This document shows positions 1 through 9,498 of a stretch of 64,000 nt of DNA, piece after piece. Each line of letters begins with the position of its first letter. The stretch's first letter is position 1. The notes under the pieces were generated by a model. It was not told where the DNA came from and ran no database searches. It worked only from the letters and a program-made list of their open reading frames with translations. Position numbers and translations under genes: made by a program. The DNA comes from Candidatus Marinacidobacterium sp. (GTDB taxonomy: Bacteria > Acidobacteriota > Vicinamibacteria > Marinacidobacterales > Marinacidobacteraceae): the NCBI GenBank assembly GCA_965204755.1, contig OZ242011.1, positions 3,552,001 through 3,616,000 on the forward strand. Direction: 5' to 3'.

Positions 1-330
1 GGTCAGCCGATGCGCCCCCTCGGGAACGGAGTCGAAGCGGAAGACGCCGGCGGCGTCGCTCTCCGCTTCGCGGACTTCCCCGCTCTCGAGGGAGAGGGTC
101 ACGGCCGCGCCGGCGACCGGAAGGCCCTGCGGCCCGGTGACTTCGCCGGCGAGACTCCCGAAGGCGCCGGCGGGCGCCGCGCGGACGGTTCCGGGACGGG
201 CAGCCGCCGCTCCGGCGGCGACCGGCAGCAGCAGGAGCGCCGCCGGGAGCGCCGCCCCGAGGGCGGTTGCCCGTCGCCGGCGGCGCCGTCGTCCGGGGAG
301 AGGTATGCGGGCAGGCGGGGTGGCGGCCAT
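1..330 (-). CDS. Exported protein with carboxypeptidase-regulatory-like N-terminal domain (probable TonB-dependent receptor), 3' end outside window
   Basis: Not in the ORF track. Manual translation from ATG at 330 is open to base 1: MAATPPARIPLPGRRRRRRRATALGAALPAALLLLPVAAGAAAA...GSLAGEVTGPQGLPVAGAAVTL...SDAAGVFRFDSVPEGAHRLT. This is a signal peptide plus the typical G-x-V-x-x-x-x-G-x-P-V-x-G-A-x-V pattern. Confidence 0.7.
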   Translation of the reverse strand, partial: MAATPPARIPLPGRRRRRRRATALGAALPAALLLLPVAAGAAAARPGTVRAAPAGAFGSLAGEVTGPQGLPVAGAAVTLSLESGEVREAESDAAGVFRFDSVPEGAHRLT

Positions 331-391
331 TCGCCGGGGAGGATAGAAGTACGCGGGGGGTTCGGCCCGGGTCGTCCCGTAGAATCCGGGA

Positions 392-847
392 ATGGAAATC
401 CAGGGCACCGAAATCGTCGCCGCGCCCCGCGAGAAGGTGTGGCGGTTCGTGACCGACGCCGAGTCGGTCGGAGCGTGCACTCCCGGCGTGGAGTCGGTGC
501 GCGTCCTGGAGCCGGGTCGGAAGTTCGAGGTGGTGGGCGGCGTGAATCTCGGAACGGTGGCGCTCAAGGCGACGACGGTCTTCGAGTGGACGGACCTGGT
601 GGAACTCGAAGAGGCCCGGATGACCATGCGGGGGAAAGGCCCGGGCACGACCATCGACGGCGTGAGCGAGTTGCGCCTGCGGGATGCCGACGGCGGCACC
701 GCGCTCGACTGGAAGGGGACCGTGAAAGTGCGGGGGCCGGTCGCGGCGATGGCCGCCCGGCTGCTCCAGCCGGTGACCGAGCGCGTGCTTCGCGAGTTCT
801 TCGCCGCCGTCAAGTCGAAGATCGAGTCGTCGGCGGAGACCGACTGA
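392..847 (+). CDS. CoxG/SRPBCC (START-like) family protein
   Basis: MEIQGTEIVAAPREKVWRFVTD...CTPGVES N-terminus and a C-terminal amphipathic helix typical of CoxG. Confidence 0.85.
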   Translation: MEIQGTEIVAAPREKVWRFVTDAESVGACTPGVESVRVLEPGRKFEVVGGVNLGTVALKATTVFEWTDLVELEEARMTMRGKGPGTTIDGVSELRLRDADGGTALDWKGTVKVRGPVAAMAARLLQPVTERVLREFFAAVKSKIESSAETD

Positions 848-917
848 CCCCTCGCGCCCTCCCGCCCGCGGCGCCGCCGCGGCCTCCGGGAAGCCATCGC
901 AAGAGAGGAACAGGGCC

Positions 918-2177
918 ATGATCCACTACGGAGACAGCGACCTCCGATCCGTCGGGACCGTCCGCCGCCGCCCCGCGCGGCCGTATCGGGTGATCGTCGG
1001 CGCCGCCGCGGCAGCGCTCTGGGCCTCGGTCGGCGCCGCCGCGCAGACCCCGTACTTCCCGGAGCGCCACGAATGGCTGACCCGGGCGCCGGCGGAAGCC
1101 GGCTTCGACCCCGCGGCGCTCGAAGAAGCGATGGACTTCGCCTCGGCGTCGGAGTCGGACGCTCCGCGCGACCTGGCGCTCAACCACGAGTTGACCTTCG
1201 CCCGCGAGCCCTTCGGGAGCCGGATCGGTCCCACGACGGTGCGCGGCGCCCTCAGCGGGATCGTCGTCCGGGGCGGTTACCTGGTGGCCGAGTGGGGCCC
1301 CGCCGAGAAGGTGGACATGACCTTCAGCGTCTCCAAGACCTTCCTCTCCACCGCGGTGGGCCTGCTCTACGACGACGGCCTCATCGCCTCGGTGGACGAC
1401 CGGGTGGGGCCGTACATGCCCGACGACGAACTGTTCGGGGCCGAGCACAACCGCCCGATCACCTGGGACCACCTGCTGCGGCAGACCAGCGACTGGCAGG
1501 GGACGCTCTTCGGCAAACCCGACTGGGCGGACCGGCCGGTGGGCGACCACCCCTTCGAGTACCCGGACCGGCCGATGCACGAGCCCGGAACCCACTACAA
1601 GTACAACGATGTCCGGGTGAACCTGTTGGCTCTGGCGGCGCTCCAGGTGGCGCGCGAGCCGCTTCCGGTACTGCTCCGCGAGCGGATCATGGATCCCATC
1701 GGCGCCTCGAACCGCTGGAGGTGGCACGGCTACGAGAATTCCTGGGTCATGGTGGACGGCCGCCGGATCCAGTCGGTCAGCGGCGGCGGCCACTGGGGCG
1801 GGGGAATGCACATCAGCGCCCGCGACTTGGCGCGCTTCGGGCTCCTGTTCCTGCGCGGGGGCCGGTGGAAGGGCGAGTCCCTGATCTCCGAGGAATGGAT
1901 CGCGATGGCCCGGACGCCGGGAGAAGTGAATCCCGGTTACGGCTACATGAACTGGTTCCTGAACCACCCGGTGGACCGGGACGGCGAACTCGCGAAATCC
2001 GTCCCGGCGGCGCCGGATACGGCGGTCACCTTCCGCGGCGCCGGCAGCAACATCGTCTATGTGGACCGGGAAAACGACCTGGTGGTCGTCGTCCGCTGGA
2101 TCCGGGGAGACGCGGTGGCCCCGTTCCTCGAACGCGTCCTCGCCGCGCTCGATTCCGGAGCGACGGACGGACGCTGA
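918..2177 (+). CDS. Exported serine hydrolase, beta-lactamase class C-like family
   Basis: SxxK (FSVSK), LLRQTS and PG...YKYND motifs; signal-like N-terminus; AGAGGA RBS upstream. Confidence 0.85.
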   Translation: MIHYGDSDLRSVGTVRRRPARPYRVIVGAAAAALWASVGAAAQTPYFPERHEWLTRAPAEAGFDPAALEEAMDFASASESDAPRDLALNHELTFAREPFGSRIGPTTVRGALSGIVVRGGYLVAEWGPAEKVDMTFSVSKTFLSTAVGLLYDDGLIASVDDRVGPYMPDDELFGAEHNRPITWDHLLRQTSDWQGTLFGKPDWADRPVGDHPFEYPDRPMHEPGTHYKYNDVRVNLLALAALQVAREPLPVLLRERIMDPIGASNRWRWHGYENSWVMVDGRRIQSVSGGGHWGGGMHISARDLARFGLLFLRGGRWKGESLISEEWIAMARTPGEVNPGYGYMNWFLNHPVDRDGELAKSVPAAPDTAVTFRGAGSNIVYVDRENDLVVVVRWIRGDAVAPFLERVLAALDSGATDGR

Positions 2178-2226
2178 ACGCCCTCGCCGGCGCTCCGGCG
2201 CGGCGGGGCCCGCGGGCGGCGCCCCG

Positions 2227-2235
2227 TGCTACGAT
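2227..2235 (+). promoter_or_regulatory. Putative extended -10 promoter for tRNA-Val/thrS
   Basis: TGcTACGAT (TGn plus TAnnnT) ends 17 nt before the tRNA. Confidence 0.4.
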
Positions 2236-2252
2236 CCTTCGCCGCATCGGTC

Positions 2253-2327
2253 AGGCGCGTAGCTCAGGGGGAGAGCGCTACCTTGACACGGTAGAAGTCG
2301 GCGGTTCAAATCCGCCCGCGCCTACCA
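2253..2327 (+). tRNA. tRNA-Val(GAC)
   Basis: Acceptor stem AGGCGCG/CGCGCCT, TAGCTCAG D-arm, anticodon arm CTACC-TTGACAC-GGTAG, GGTTCAAATCC T-arm, encoded 3' CCA. Confidence 0.97.
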
Positions 2328-2517
2328 CCCAGCGCGCCGTCGGGGGTTCCCGATGGGGGTTCCCGATCGGGCGGCCCCGCCGTGTCCGGAGGGCGGCCCG
2401 TCCGCGGGTCGGCGGCTTCGATCCGCGGCCGGTCCGCGGAACCCCGGCGTCCGCATCGCGTTACTCGCCCTCTCCGGCCCTTCGCTTCGGCAAAAAGACA
2501 CCGCTCTTCCAGGAAAC

Positions 2518-4422
2518 ATGACCACCGATCCCGTTCGCCTCTCGCTGCCGGACGGGGTGAGTCTCGAGATACCCGCCGGGGCGCCGCTCGCCGAAGCCGC
2601 CCCGAAGACCGCGGTGGCGGCCATCTTCGCCGGCCGGGAAGTGGACCTCGCGTTCCGCCCGGAAGAAGACGGCGAAGTGGAGTTCCTCACGGCGGAGGAC
2701 CCGCGCGGCCTGTATGTGTTCCGCCACAGTTCCGCGCACCTGCTCGCCGCCGCCGTCAAGGAGGTCTTTCCCGACGCGCAATACGGCGTGGGGCCGCCGA
2801 TCACCGACGGCTTCTTCTACGACTTCCGCGTTGACGAACCGTTCACCACCGAGGACCTCGAGCGGATCGAAAAGCGCCTGCGGGAACTGGTGAAACGGCG
2901 CCTGCCGTTCGAGCGCGAGCACCTGAAGAAGGAGGAAGCGATCCGCGTTTTCGAGGAGCAGAACGAACCGTTCAAGGTGGAACTCATCCGCGAGAAGGGG
3001 GACGAAACGGTTTCCTGTTACCGCGTCGGGAACTTCTTCGACTTCTGCGACGGGCCCCATGTGCCGCACAGCGGGGTGGTCCGGGCGGTCAAGGTCCTCT
3101 CGAGTTCCAACGCCTACTGGAAGGGCGATGCCGACGGCATCCCGATGCAGCGCATCTATGCGACGAGTTTCACCGACCGGAAGGAACTCGCCGCGCACCT
3201 CCACCGCCTCGAAGAGGCGAAACGTCGGGACCACCGGCGCATCGGCAAGGACCAGCGCCTGTTCCTGATCGCCGAAGAGGCGCCGGGGCAGGTGTTCTGG
3301 CTGCCGGCCGGCATGGGGATCGTGAACCGCCTGGTCGAAACCATGCGGGAGAAACTCGACCGGCGCGGCTACCAGGAGATCCGCACGCCGCTCGTGCTCA
3401 GGGAGACGGTCTGGGAGCGCAGCGGGCACCTCGACCACTACCGCGACAACATGTTCTTCGTCGAGTCGGACGAGTCACGCTACGGGCTGAAGCCGATGAA
3501 CTGTCCGGGAGCGGCGCTGGTGTACCGCTCGGACATCCGTTCCTACCGGGACCTGCCGCTGCGCTTCTCCGAGTTCGGGCACTGCCACCGTTTCGAACCC
3601 TCGGGCGTGCTCTCCGGCCTCACCCGCGTCCGGGCTTTCACTCAGGACGACGCCCACATCTACTGCCGACTCGACCAGGTCGAGGCGGAAATCCTGGGAA
3701 TGATGGAGTTGGTCTCCGAGGTTTACGGCGACTTCGGTTTCGAGGACATCCGGGTGGAACTCTCCACCCGCCCGGAGAAGTCGGTCGGCGGGGACGCGGC
3801 CTGGGAATCGGCGGAAGCGGCCCTCGCCTCCGCGCTTGCGGCCTCGGGCCTCGACCACGCCCTGAACCCCGGCGACGGGGCGTTCTACGGCCCGAAGATC
3901 GACTTCCATGTCCGGGACGCCCTCGGCCGGTCGCACCAGTGCGCGACGATCCAACTCGACTTCTCGCAGGCCGACGCCTTCGACCTGACCTACGCGGCGG
4001 AATCCGGCGGGCGGGAGCGCCCGGTGGTGATCCACCGCGCCATCCTCGGATCGGTGGAGCGGTTCTTCGCGCTTCTGGTCGAGCACACCGCCGGCGCGTT
4101 CCCGGTGTGGATCGCTCCGGCGCAGGCGCTGATCGCCCCGATCGCCGACCGGCACCGGGAGGCGGCGAGCGGCCTCGCCGGGCGGCTCTCCGCCCGCGGG
4201 CTGCGCGTGGAGGTGGACGACCGCCGGGAGAAGATGGGCTACAAGATCCGGCAGGCGGAACTCCGGCGCATCCCCTTCATGCTGGTCTTCGGGGACCGGG
4301 AACAGGAGGAGGGCGTCCTGACCGTCCGCACCCGGGGAGTCCGGGAGCAGGAGACGCTCACCGAAGCGGAATTCGCCGAGCGGCTGGAGGCCCTGGTCGC
4401 CTCCAGGGCGCCGACTCCTTGA
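2518..4422 (+). CDS. thrS: Threonine--tRNA ligase
   Basis: FRHSSAHLLA, CDGPH, RDHRRIG, KPMNCP, GAFYGPKID and IHRAILGS motifs. Start taken as ATG 2518 after the AGGA RBS. Confidence 0.97.
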   Translation: MTTDPVRLSLPDGVSLEIPAGAPLAEAAPKTAVAAIFAGREVDLAFRPEEDGEVEFLTAEDPRGLYVFRHSSAHLLAAAVKEVFPDAQYGVGPPITDGFFYDFRVDEPFTTEDLERIEKRLRELVKRRLPFEREHLKKEEAIRVFEEQNEPFKVELIREKGDETVSCYRVGNFFDFCDGPHVPHSGVVRAVKVLSSSNAYWKGDADGIPMQRIYATSFTDRKELAAHLHRLEEAKRRDHRRIGKDQRLFLIAEEAPGQVFWLPAGMGIVNRLVETMREKLDRRGYQEIRTPLVLRETVWERSGHLDHYRDNMFFVESDESRYGLKPMNCPGAALVYRSDIRSYRDLPLRFSEFGHCHRFEPSGVLSGLTRVRAFTQDDAHIYCRLDQVEAEILGMMELVSEVYGDFGFEDIRVELSTRPEKSVGGDAAWESAEAALASALAASGLDHALNPGDGAFYGPKIDFHVRDALGRSHQCATIQLDFSQADAFDLTYAAESGGRERPVVIHRAILGSVERFFALLVEHTAGAFPVWIAPAQALIAPIADRHREAASGLAGRLSARGLRVEVDDRREKMGYKIRQAELRRIPFMLVFGDREQEEGVLTVRTRGVREQETLTEAEFAERLEALVASRAPTP

Positions 4423-4474
4423 CCTCCGGCGGCCGTTCGGTTCGCGGCGGGCGCCGCTCCCGGAGCGGCGCGGA

Positions 4475-4504
4475 TTGCAAAATCGGCGGGCCAGTGGTGA
4501 TAAT
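4475..4504 (+). promoter_or_regulatory. Putative sigma70 promoter for infC-rpmI-rplT
   Basis: TTGCAA-18 nt-GATAAT, just downstream of a GC hairpin (4452-4470) that follows thrS. Confidence 0.35.
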
Positions 4505-4537
4505 CCCGGATTCCGCAACCACCTGCGGAGGTGATCC

Positions 4538-5251
4538 ATCGAAAATTCGCTCCGAGTAAACGACCGCATTCGCGCGCAGGTCGTCCTCGTCATCGGCGAG
4601 TCGGGCGAGAAACTCGGCGAACGGGCGCTGGAAGAAGCGCTCGGCCTGGCTCGGGACCGCGGCCTCGATCTCGTCGAGATCGTGCCGGACCGGGTCCCGC
4701 CGGTCTGCAAGATCATGAACCACGGCCGGTTCGTGTACCAGCAGAGCAAGAAACTGCAGGAGAACCGGCGGCACCAGCGTCAGAACCAGGTCAAGGAAGT
4801 CAAGTTCCGCATCATCATCGGCGTGCACGACCGGGAAACGAAGATGCGGCAGATCCGGCGCTTCCTCCACGAAGGGCACAAGGTCAAGGCCACGATCTGG
4901 TTCAAGCGGGCGCGCGAGCGCAGCCACCGGGAGATCGGCGACCAGATCCTCGACGAAGTGACCGAGGAACTCCGCGAGGTGGCTTCGGTGGAGTCGCGGT
5001 CAAGCATGGTCGGGAACCAGATGAGCATGATCCTGAGCCCGGCCCGCCGGCTGCTCGACGCGCTCCGCACCGGGCGCACCGGCCGCGCCGGGGAGGACGC
5101 CGCGCCGAAGCCGCGCCGCGCCGCCCGGGAGGCCGCGGCGGCGAGCGCGGCGCCGGCGGCGGAGTCGGACGGCCGGCCCGCCGCGGGCCCGGTCGAGCCC
5201 GAGCCGGCGGCCGCGCTCGCCGCCGCGCCGGGAAGCGCGGCTTCCCGCTGA
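4538..5251 (+). CDS. infC: Translation initiation factor IF-3, non-canonical AUC start, Ala/Pro-rich C-terminal tail
   Basis: SD GGAGGTG at 4527-4533, then in-frame ATC-GAA-AAT giving ENSLRVNDRIRAQVVLVIG...GLDLVEI...PPVCKIM...KEVKF. Lies between thrS and rpmI. Confidence 0.93.
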   Translation: MENSLRVNDRIRAQVVLVIGESGEKLGERALEEALGLARDRGLDLVEIVPDRVPPVCKIMNHGRFVYQQSKKLQENRRHQRQNQVKEVKFRIIIGVHDRETKMRQIRRFLHEGHKVKATIWFKRARERSHREIGDQILDEVTEELREVASVESRSSMVGNQMSMILSPARRLLDALRTGRTGRAGEDAAPKPRRAAREAAAASAAPAAESDGRPAAGPVEPEPAAALAAAPGSAASR

Positions 5252-5343
5252 GCCCGGCGCGCCGCTCCCGTTAGAGTCCCCGTTTCCCGGAGTCCCCGTT
5301 CCCCGGAGTCCCCTCCCTGCCGCCGCAAACCCTTGCCGAGACG

Positions 5344-5538
5344 ATGAAGATCAAGCGAAAGACCCACCGAGGCGCCGCCAAGCGCTTCTCGAAGACCGCC
5401 TCGGGCCGCGTGCGCCGCCGCCGCGCCTACCACAGCCACATCCTGACCAAGAAGTCCTCGAAGCGCCGCCGCCGCCTGCGCAGCGGCTCCTGGGTGTTCC
5501 GGGGCGAGGCGAAGAACATCGCCTCCATCATCGGCTGA
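5344..5538 (+). CDS. rpmI: 50S ribosomal protein L35
   Basis: [13 protein letters not shown]...[14 protein letters not shown]; operon context. Confidence 0.97.
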   Translation: MKIKRKTHRGAAKRFSKTASGRVRRRRAYHSHILTKKSSKRRRRLRSGSWVFRGEAKNIASIIG

Positions 5539-5557
5539 GACCGGGGAGCGAGAGGCC

Positions 5558-5926
5558 ATGTCACGCGTCAAGAGGGGAACGCACCGGCGGGACCGCCGCC
5601 GCCGCGTCCTGAAACTCACCCGCGGCTACCGCGGGATGCGGGGCTCGCTCTACCGCCACGCGAAACAGGCGGTGGATCGGGCGCTCTCCTACGCCTATCG
5701 GGACCGCCGCCGGAAGAAGCGCGACTTCCGCCGGATCTGGGTCACCCGCATCAGCGCCGCGGCCCGCGAGCGGGGGCTCCCCTACGCCCGCTTCGCGCAC
5801 GGCCTGTCCGTGGCCGGAGTCGGCGTCTCGCGCAAGCAGTTGGCGGAACTCGCCGTCCACGATCCCGGCGCCTTCGACCGGCTGGTGGACACCGCCCGCG
5901 CCGCCCTCGACGACCGGTCGGCCTAG
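5558..5926 (+). CDS. rplT: 50S ribosomal protein L20
   Basis: MSRVKRG...YAYRDRRRKKRDFRRIWVTRISAA. Confidence 0.97.
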   Translation: MSRVKRGTHRRDRRRRVLKLTRGYRGMRGSLYRHAKQAVDRALSYAYRDRRRKKRDFRRIWVTRISAAARERGLPYARFAHGLSVAGVGVSRKQLAELAVHDPGAFDRLVDTARAALDDRSA

Positions 5927-5972
5927 GCGGGTCGGCCTCGAGTCGGAGCCGCCGGCGGCCCGAACGGAACCG

Positions 5973-6554
5973 GTGCCCGAACCGCCGGCCTCCGGGGCGC
6001 CCGAGGCGGAGGCGGCGGACACCCGCGCCGCGTTCTCCGAAGCGGCGGCCGCCGCGCGCGGCCTGATCCCCGAACTCGAGCGGCTGGCGGTTCGCGCGCG
6101 CCGGCGAAGGCAGCAGGCGGACGAAGAGCGCGGCCGGGCGGAGGCGGCGGAGGCCGCCCGACGGGAGGCGGAGTCGGCCCAACGCGAGGCCGAGTCGGCC
6201 AAACGCGAAGCGGAATCGGCCCAACGCGAAGCGGAGTCGGCGCAACGCGAGGCCGAGTCGGCCCAACGCGAAGCGGAGTCGGCCCAACGCGAAGCGGAAT
6301 CGGCCCGCACCGCCGCCGAGGGCCGGGAGGCCTCCGAAACGGAGAAGCGCGAGGCGGCCGAGGCGGACTCGCAGGAGCAGCGCTCCCGCGCCGACCGGGC
6401 GCTCTCGGCGGTGCAGGTTCTCCGGGAAGAGCGCGCCGAGGCGCGCCGGGCGCTCGCGACCGTGTTGGACGAGCCGGGCGCGGGCCAACCGGGCGCGGGC
6501 GAGCCGGGCGCGGGCCGGCCCGAGCGGTCGGAACCGGCCGGAGCCGCTTCGTGA
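5973..6554 (+). CDS. Coiled-coil protein upstream of zapA (ZapB-like position) with heptad tandem repeats
   Basis: E/R/A-rich helical sequence; GTGA overlap with zapA. Confidence 0.6.
   Translation: MPEPPASGAPEAEAADTRAAFSEAAAAARGLIPELERLAVRARRRRQQADEERGRAEAAEAARREAESAQREAESAKREAESAQREAESAQREAESAQREAESAQREAESARTAAEGREASETEKREAAEADSQEQRSRADRALSAVQVLREERAEARRALATVLDEPGAGQPGAGEPGAGRPERSEPAGAAS
6162..6308 (+). repeat. 7 x 21-bp coding tandem repeat (REAESAQ)
   Basis: Unit of consensus type CGCGA(A/G)GC(G/C)GA(G/A)TCGGCCCAA, repeated seven times with mostly synonymous variation. Confidence 0.95.
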
Positions 6555-6841
6555 GCCGCACCGTCTCCGTCGAGGTGGACGGCAAGACCTACCTGCTCGC
6601 TTCGGACGAGGACGGGCCGGATCTCGCCGCGGTGGCGCTCCTCGTGAACGAGCGCCTCGCCGCCATCCGCAAGGCCTCCCCGACGATTTCGACGGAACGC
6701 TCCGCGATCCTCGCCGCCCTCAACCTCGGCGACGAACTGCTCCGGGAGCGCGCCGCCGGCCGCGAAGGGGCCGCCGCCGTCGCCGGGGCGGTCGCCGAGG
6801 TGCGGGAGCGCCTCGCCGGGCTGCTGGAAGAGGAGGCGTGA
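6551..6841 (+). CDS. zapA: Cell division protein ZapA
   Basis: VSVEVDGKTY.L...VA.LVNER...AILAALNLGDEL pattern. Confidence 0.85.
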   Translation: MSRTVSVEVDGKTYLLASDEDGPDLAAVALLVNERLAAIRKASPTISTERSAILAALNLGDELLRERAAGREGAAAVAGAVAEVRERLAGLLEEEA

Positions 6842-7959
6842 CCCGGGAGGAGCGACTGCTCGCCCGGATCCTCGAGTCCCTCCGCGAGAACGCGCTCCCT
6901 TCGAGTTCCGGGAGCGGCGCCGGCGCCGGCCTGAACCCGGCGCCCGACCGGATCGGGCCCCCGCCAATCGGGCCCCCGCCAATCGGGCCCCCGACGGTCT
7001 CGCCCCCGTTGGTCGGGCCGGGCGACGACGCGGCCGTGCTCGCCGCGCCGGACGGGCGGACGCTGCTCCTCACCGTGGACGCCGCGGAAGACGGCGTCCA
7101 CTTCGACCGCTGCCGGCACTTCCCGGAGGACATCGGGCGCCGCGCCGTCGCCGCGGCGGCGAGCGACCTGGCGGCGATGGGCGGGCGGCCGCTGGCCTTC
7201 CTCGTCTCGCTGACGGCGCCGGCGGGGGATCCGGAGGAAGACGAGGCGGCGCTCCGGGTCTCCCGCGCGGCCTCCCGGCGGGCCTCCGAGATCGGGGCGC
7301 CCGTGGTCGGCGGCAACCTCACCGCCGGCGCGCGGCTCGCGCTCCATGTGAGCGTCCTCGGCGCGATGGCGCCCGGCGTGGCGCCCCTCCTTCGCTCCGG
7401 CGCGCGCCCCGGTGACGGCGTGTTCGTCAGCGGGCCGCTCGGGGGGGCGGCGCTCGGCCTCGAGGTCCTGCGCCGGCGCGGGGAAGAGTCCGCCGGCCGG
7501 AGCGCGGACGACGAGGCGGCGCTGCGGAAGCACCTCGATCCCGAGCCGCGCCTCGCCCTCGGGGAGGCGCTCGCCGCAAGCGGTTGCGTTTCCGCGGCGA
7601 TGGACCTCTCGGACGGGCTCGCGCTGGATCTCCACCGGCTCGCGGGGGCCAGCCGGGCGGGAGTCCTTCTCGAGGCCGAGCGGCTCCCCGTCGCCCGATC
7701 CCGGGCCCGGGCGGGCGCCGCCGCGCCGGCCCGCGCGTTCGACGCCGCGCTGTTCGGCGGCGAGGACTACGAGTTGCTGTTCACCGGCGCCGACGAGGCG
7801 GCCCTCCGGGAAGCGGCCGCGAAGGCCGGCGAACCCCCGCCGGTCCGGATCGGCGAGGTCGTCGCGCCGGATCTCGGAGTCCGCATCCGCGCCGCCGGCG
7901 GCGAGCCGGCGCCGCTCCCGCGCCGCGGCTGGGACAGCCTCGCCCCGCCGACCGGCTGA
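6838..7959 (+). CDS. thiL: Thiamine-monophosphate kinase
   Basis: GPGDDAAV, TVD...GVHF, SDLAAMGG, GGNL, DLSDGL and GGEDYELLFT motifs. Carries a Pro-rich (IGPPP)n insertion near the N-terminus. Confidence 0.92.
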   Translation: MTREERLLARILESLRENALPSSSGSGAGAGLNPAPDRIGPPPIGPPPIGPPTVSPPLVGPGDDAAVLAAPDGRTLLLTVDAAEDGVHFDRCRHFPEDIGRRAVAAAASDLAAMGGRPLAFLVSLTAPAGDPEEDEAALRVSRAASRRASEIGAPVVGGNLTAGARLALHVSVLGAMAPGVAPLLRSGARPGDGVFVSGPLGGAALGLEVLRRRGEESAGRSADDEAALRKHLDPEPRLALGEALAASGCVSAAMDLSDGLALDLHRLAGASRAGVLLEAERLPVARSRARAGAAAPARAFDAALFGGEDYELLFTGADEAALREAAAKAGEPPPVRIGEVVAPDLGVRIRAAGGEPAPLPRRGWDSLAPPTG

Positions 7960-7977
7960 CCGGGAACGGGAGTCGGC

Positions 7978-9402
7978 TCAGACGATCTCCGCCACGGCCG
8001 CCGCGGCGGAGAGGAGCGGCGCCTCGCGCCAGGGCGCGGCGACGAGTTGCACCCCGAAGGGGAGCCCCTCCCGCTCCCCGGCGGGCAGCGAGATCGCCGG
8101 GACCCGGGCGAGCGCCGCGAGGATCGTGAAGCGGTCGGAGTCGTATTCGGCGCTCGGGTCGGGTTCCTCCCCGATCCGGCGCGGAGGCTCGACGGTGGTC
8201 GGGAGGAGGAGGAATTCCGCCTCGTCGAAGAGGCCGAGCAGCGCGGCGGTGATCTCCCGCCGCGCCTCGCCGGCGGCGTGGTACACCGCGTCCCGGTACC
8301 CCTTCGACAGGATCGTCGCGCCGAGCAGCACCCGTCGCCGCACTTCGGCCCCGAAGCCGAGGGAGCGGGTCTCCCGATAGACATCGAACAGCCAGCCGGC
8401 GCCCCGCCGCCTTCCGTAGCGCATCCCGTCGAAGCGGGCGAGGTTGGAACTCGCCTCCGCGCAGGCGAGGAGGTAGTAGGCGGCGACCGCGGCCTCCGGA
8501 GGGGGCAGGGGCGCCTCCCGGACCTCGCAGCCGGCCTGCTCGATGGCCCGCACCGTTCGGGAAAAGGCCTCCCGCGAGGCCGGATCGAGGGCGGCGAGTT
8601 CCTCCGGCCCGGCGACGGCGAGCCGCTTCGGGAGCCGGGGCGCTTCGGCGGCGGCGCCGAAGTCCGGGACCGGCCGGGAGGCGCTGGTGGCGTCCCGCGG
8701 ATCCTCCCCGGCGATGACGGTGAGCAGGCGCCCGACCCACGCCAGGTCCGCGGAGAGGCACCCCACCTGGTCGAACGAGGAGGCGTAGGCGGTGACGCCG
8801 TAGCGCGAGACCCGGCCGTAGGTGGGGCGGATGCCGAAGATCCCGCAGTGCGCCGCCGGCTGGCGGACCGAGCCGCCGGTGTCCGTGCCGAGCGCGGCGA
8901 ACGCGGAGCCGGCGGCGGCGGCCGCGGCCGAGCCGCCGGAGGAGCCGCCGGGGATCCGCAGCGGATCCGCCGGGTTCCCCGTCGGGTGTCGGTAACTGCG
9001 GGTGGTGGAGGAGCCCATCCCGAACTCGTCGAGGTTCGTCTTGCCCACGATCACCGCTCCGGCGCGGCGGAGCCGTTCGACCACGGTCGCGTCGTAAGGC
9101 GCGCGGTAACCGTCGAGCAGGGCCGACCCGGAGGTGCAGGGCGCGCCGCGGACGGCGATGTTGTCCTTGACGGCGACCGGCAGGCCGGAGAGCGGCCCCC
9201 GCTCCGCGCCCGGCAGGGAGTCCTGACGACGCGCCTCCGCGAGCGCCCCTTCCGGGTCGAGATGGAGGAAGGCGCGGAGCGATGGCTCGGTCTCCCGGGC
9301 GCGGGCGAGCGCGGTCCGCGCGGCCTGCTCGGCGCTCAGCCCGCCCGCCCGAAGACGCGCCGCCGCCGCCCGGACGGGGAGTCCCTGCGATCCGCCCTCC
9401 AC
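7978..9402 (-). CDS. gatA: Glutamyl-tRNA(Gln) amidotransferase subunit A
   Basis: Amidase signature (KDN, GKTNLDEFGMGS, PGGSSGGS, LGTDTGGSVRQPA) plus GatA-type EASSNLARFDGMRYG and GFGAEVRRRVLLG. Confidence 0.9.
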   Translation of the reverse strand: MEGGSQGLPVRAAAARLRAGGLSAEQAARTALARARETEPSLRAFLHLDPEGALAEARRQDSLPGAERGPLSGLPVAVKDNIAVRGAPCTSGSALLDGYRAPYDATVVERLRRAGAVIVGKTNLDEFGMGSSTTRSYRHPTGNPADPLRIPGGSSGGSAAAAAAGSAFAALGTDTGGSVRQPAAHCGIFGIRPTYGRVSRYGVTAYASSFDQVGCLSADLAWVGRLLTVIAGEDPRDATSASRPVPDFGAAAEAPRLPKRLAVAGPEELAALDPASREAFSRTVRAIEQAGCEVREAPLPPPEAAVAAYYLLACAEASSNLARFDGMRYGRRRGAGWLFDVYRETRSLGFGAEVRRRVLLGATILSKGYRDAVYHAAGEARREITAALLGLFDEAEFLLLPTTVEPPRRIGEEPDPSAEYDSDRFTILAALARVPAISLPAGEREGLPFGVQLVAAPWREAPLLSAAAAVAEIV

Positions 9403-9498
9403 GGCAAACGCCTCCCGGTCAGCAGCCCGGAGAGAAGATCGGGCGGCGCCGCCCCTCGGCGCGAAGCGCCGGGGGGAATCGCGATGCGATTCGCGCCG

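Noticed and set aside
392-847. Carbon monoxide dehydrogenase cluster
   Set aside because: Only a lone CoxG-like gene is present; there is no coxL, coxM or coxS in the window.
2253-2370. tRNA-Val as an integration site
   Set aside because: No integrase is nearby and I saw no second copy of the tRNA 3' end. The short GGGGGTTCCCGAT duplication after it is unrelated.
5274-5317. 16-bp repeat (GAGTCCCCGTTYCCCG) between infC and rpmI as an L20 leader
   Set aside because: It looks like a slippage repeat, similar to those at about 6952, 25252 and 36571, and I could not match it to a known leader structure.
6162-6308. CRISPR array
   Set aside because: The units are contiguous with no spacers, are in frame and vary mainly at synonymous sites. 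No cas genes are present.
6841-6900. 6S RNA after zapA
   Set aside because: zapA overlaps thiL directly, leaving no intergenic space.
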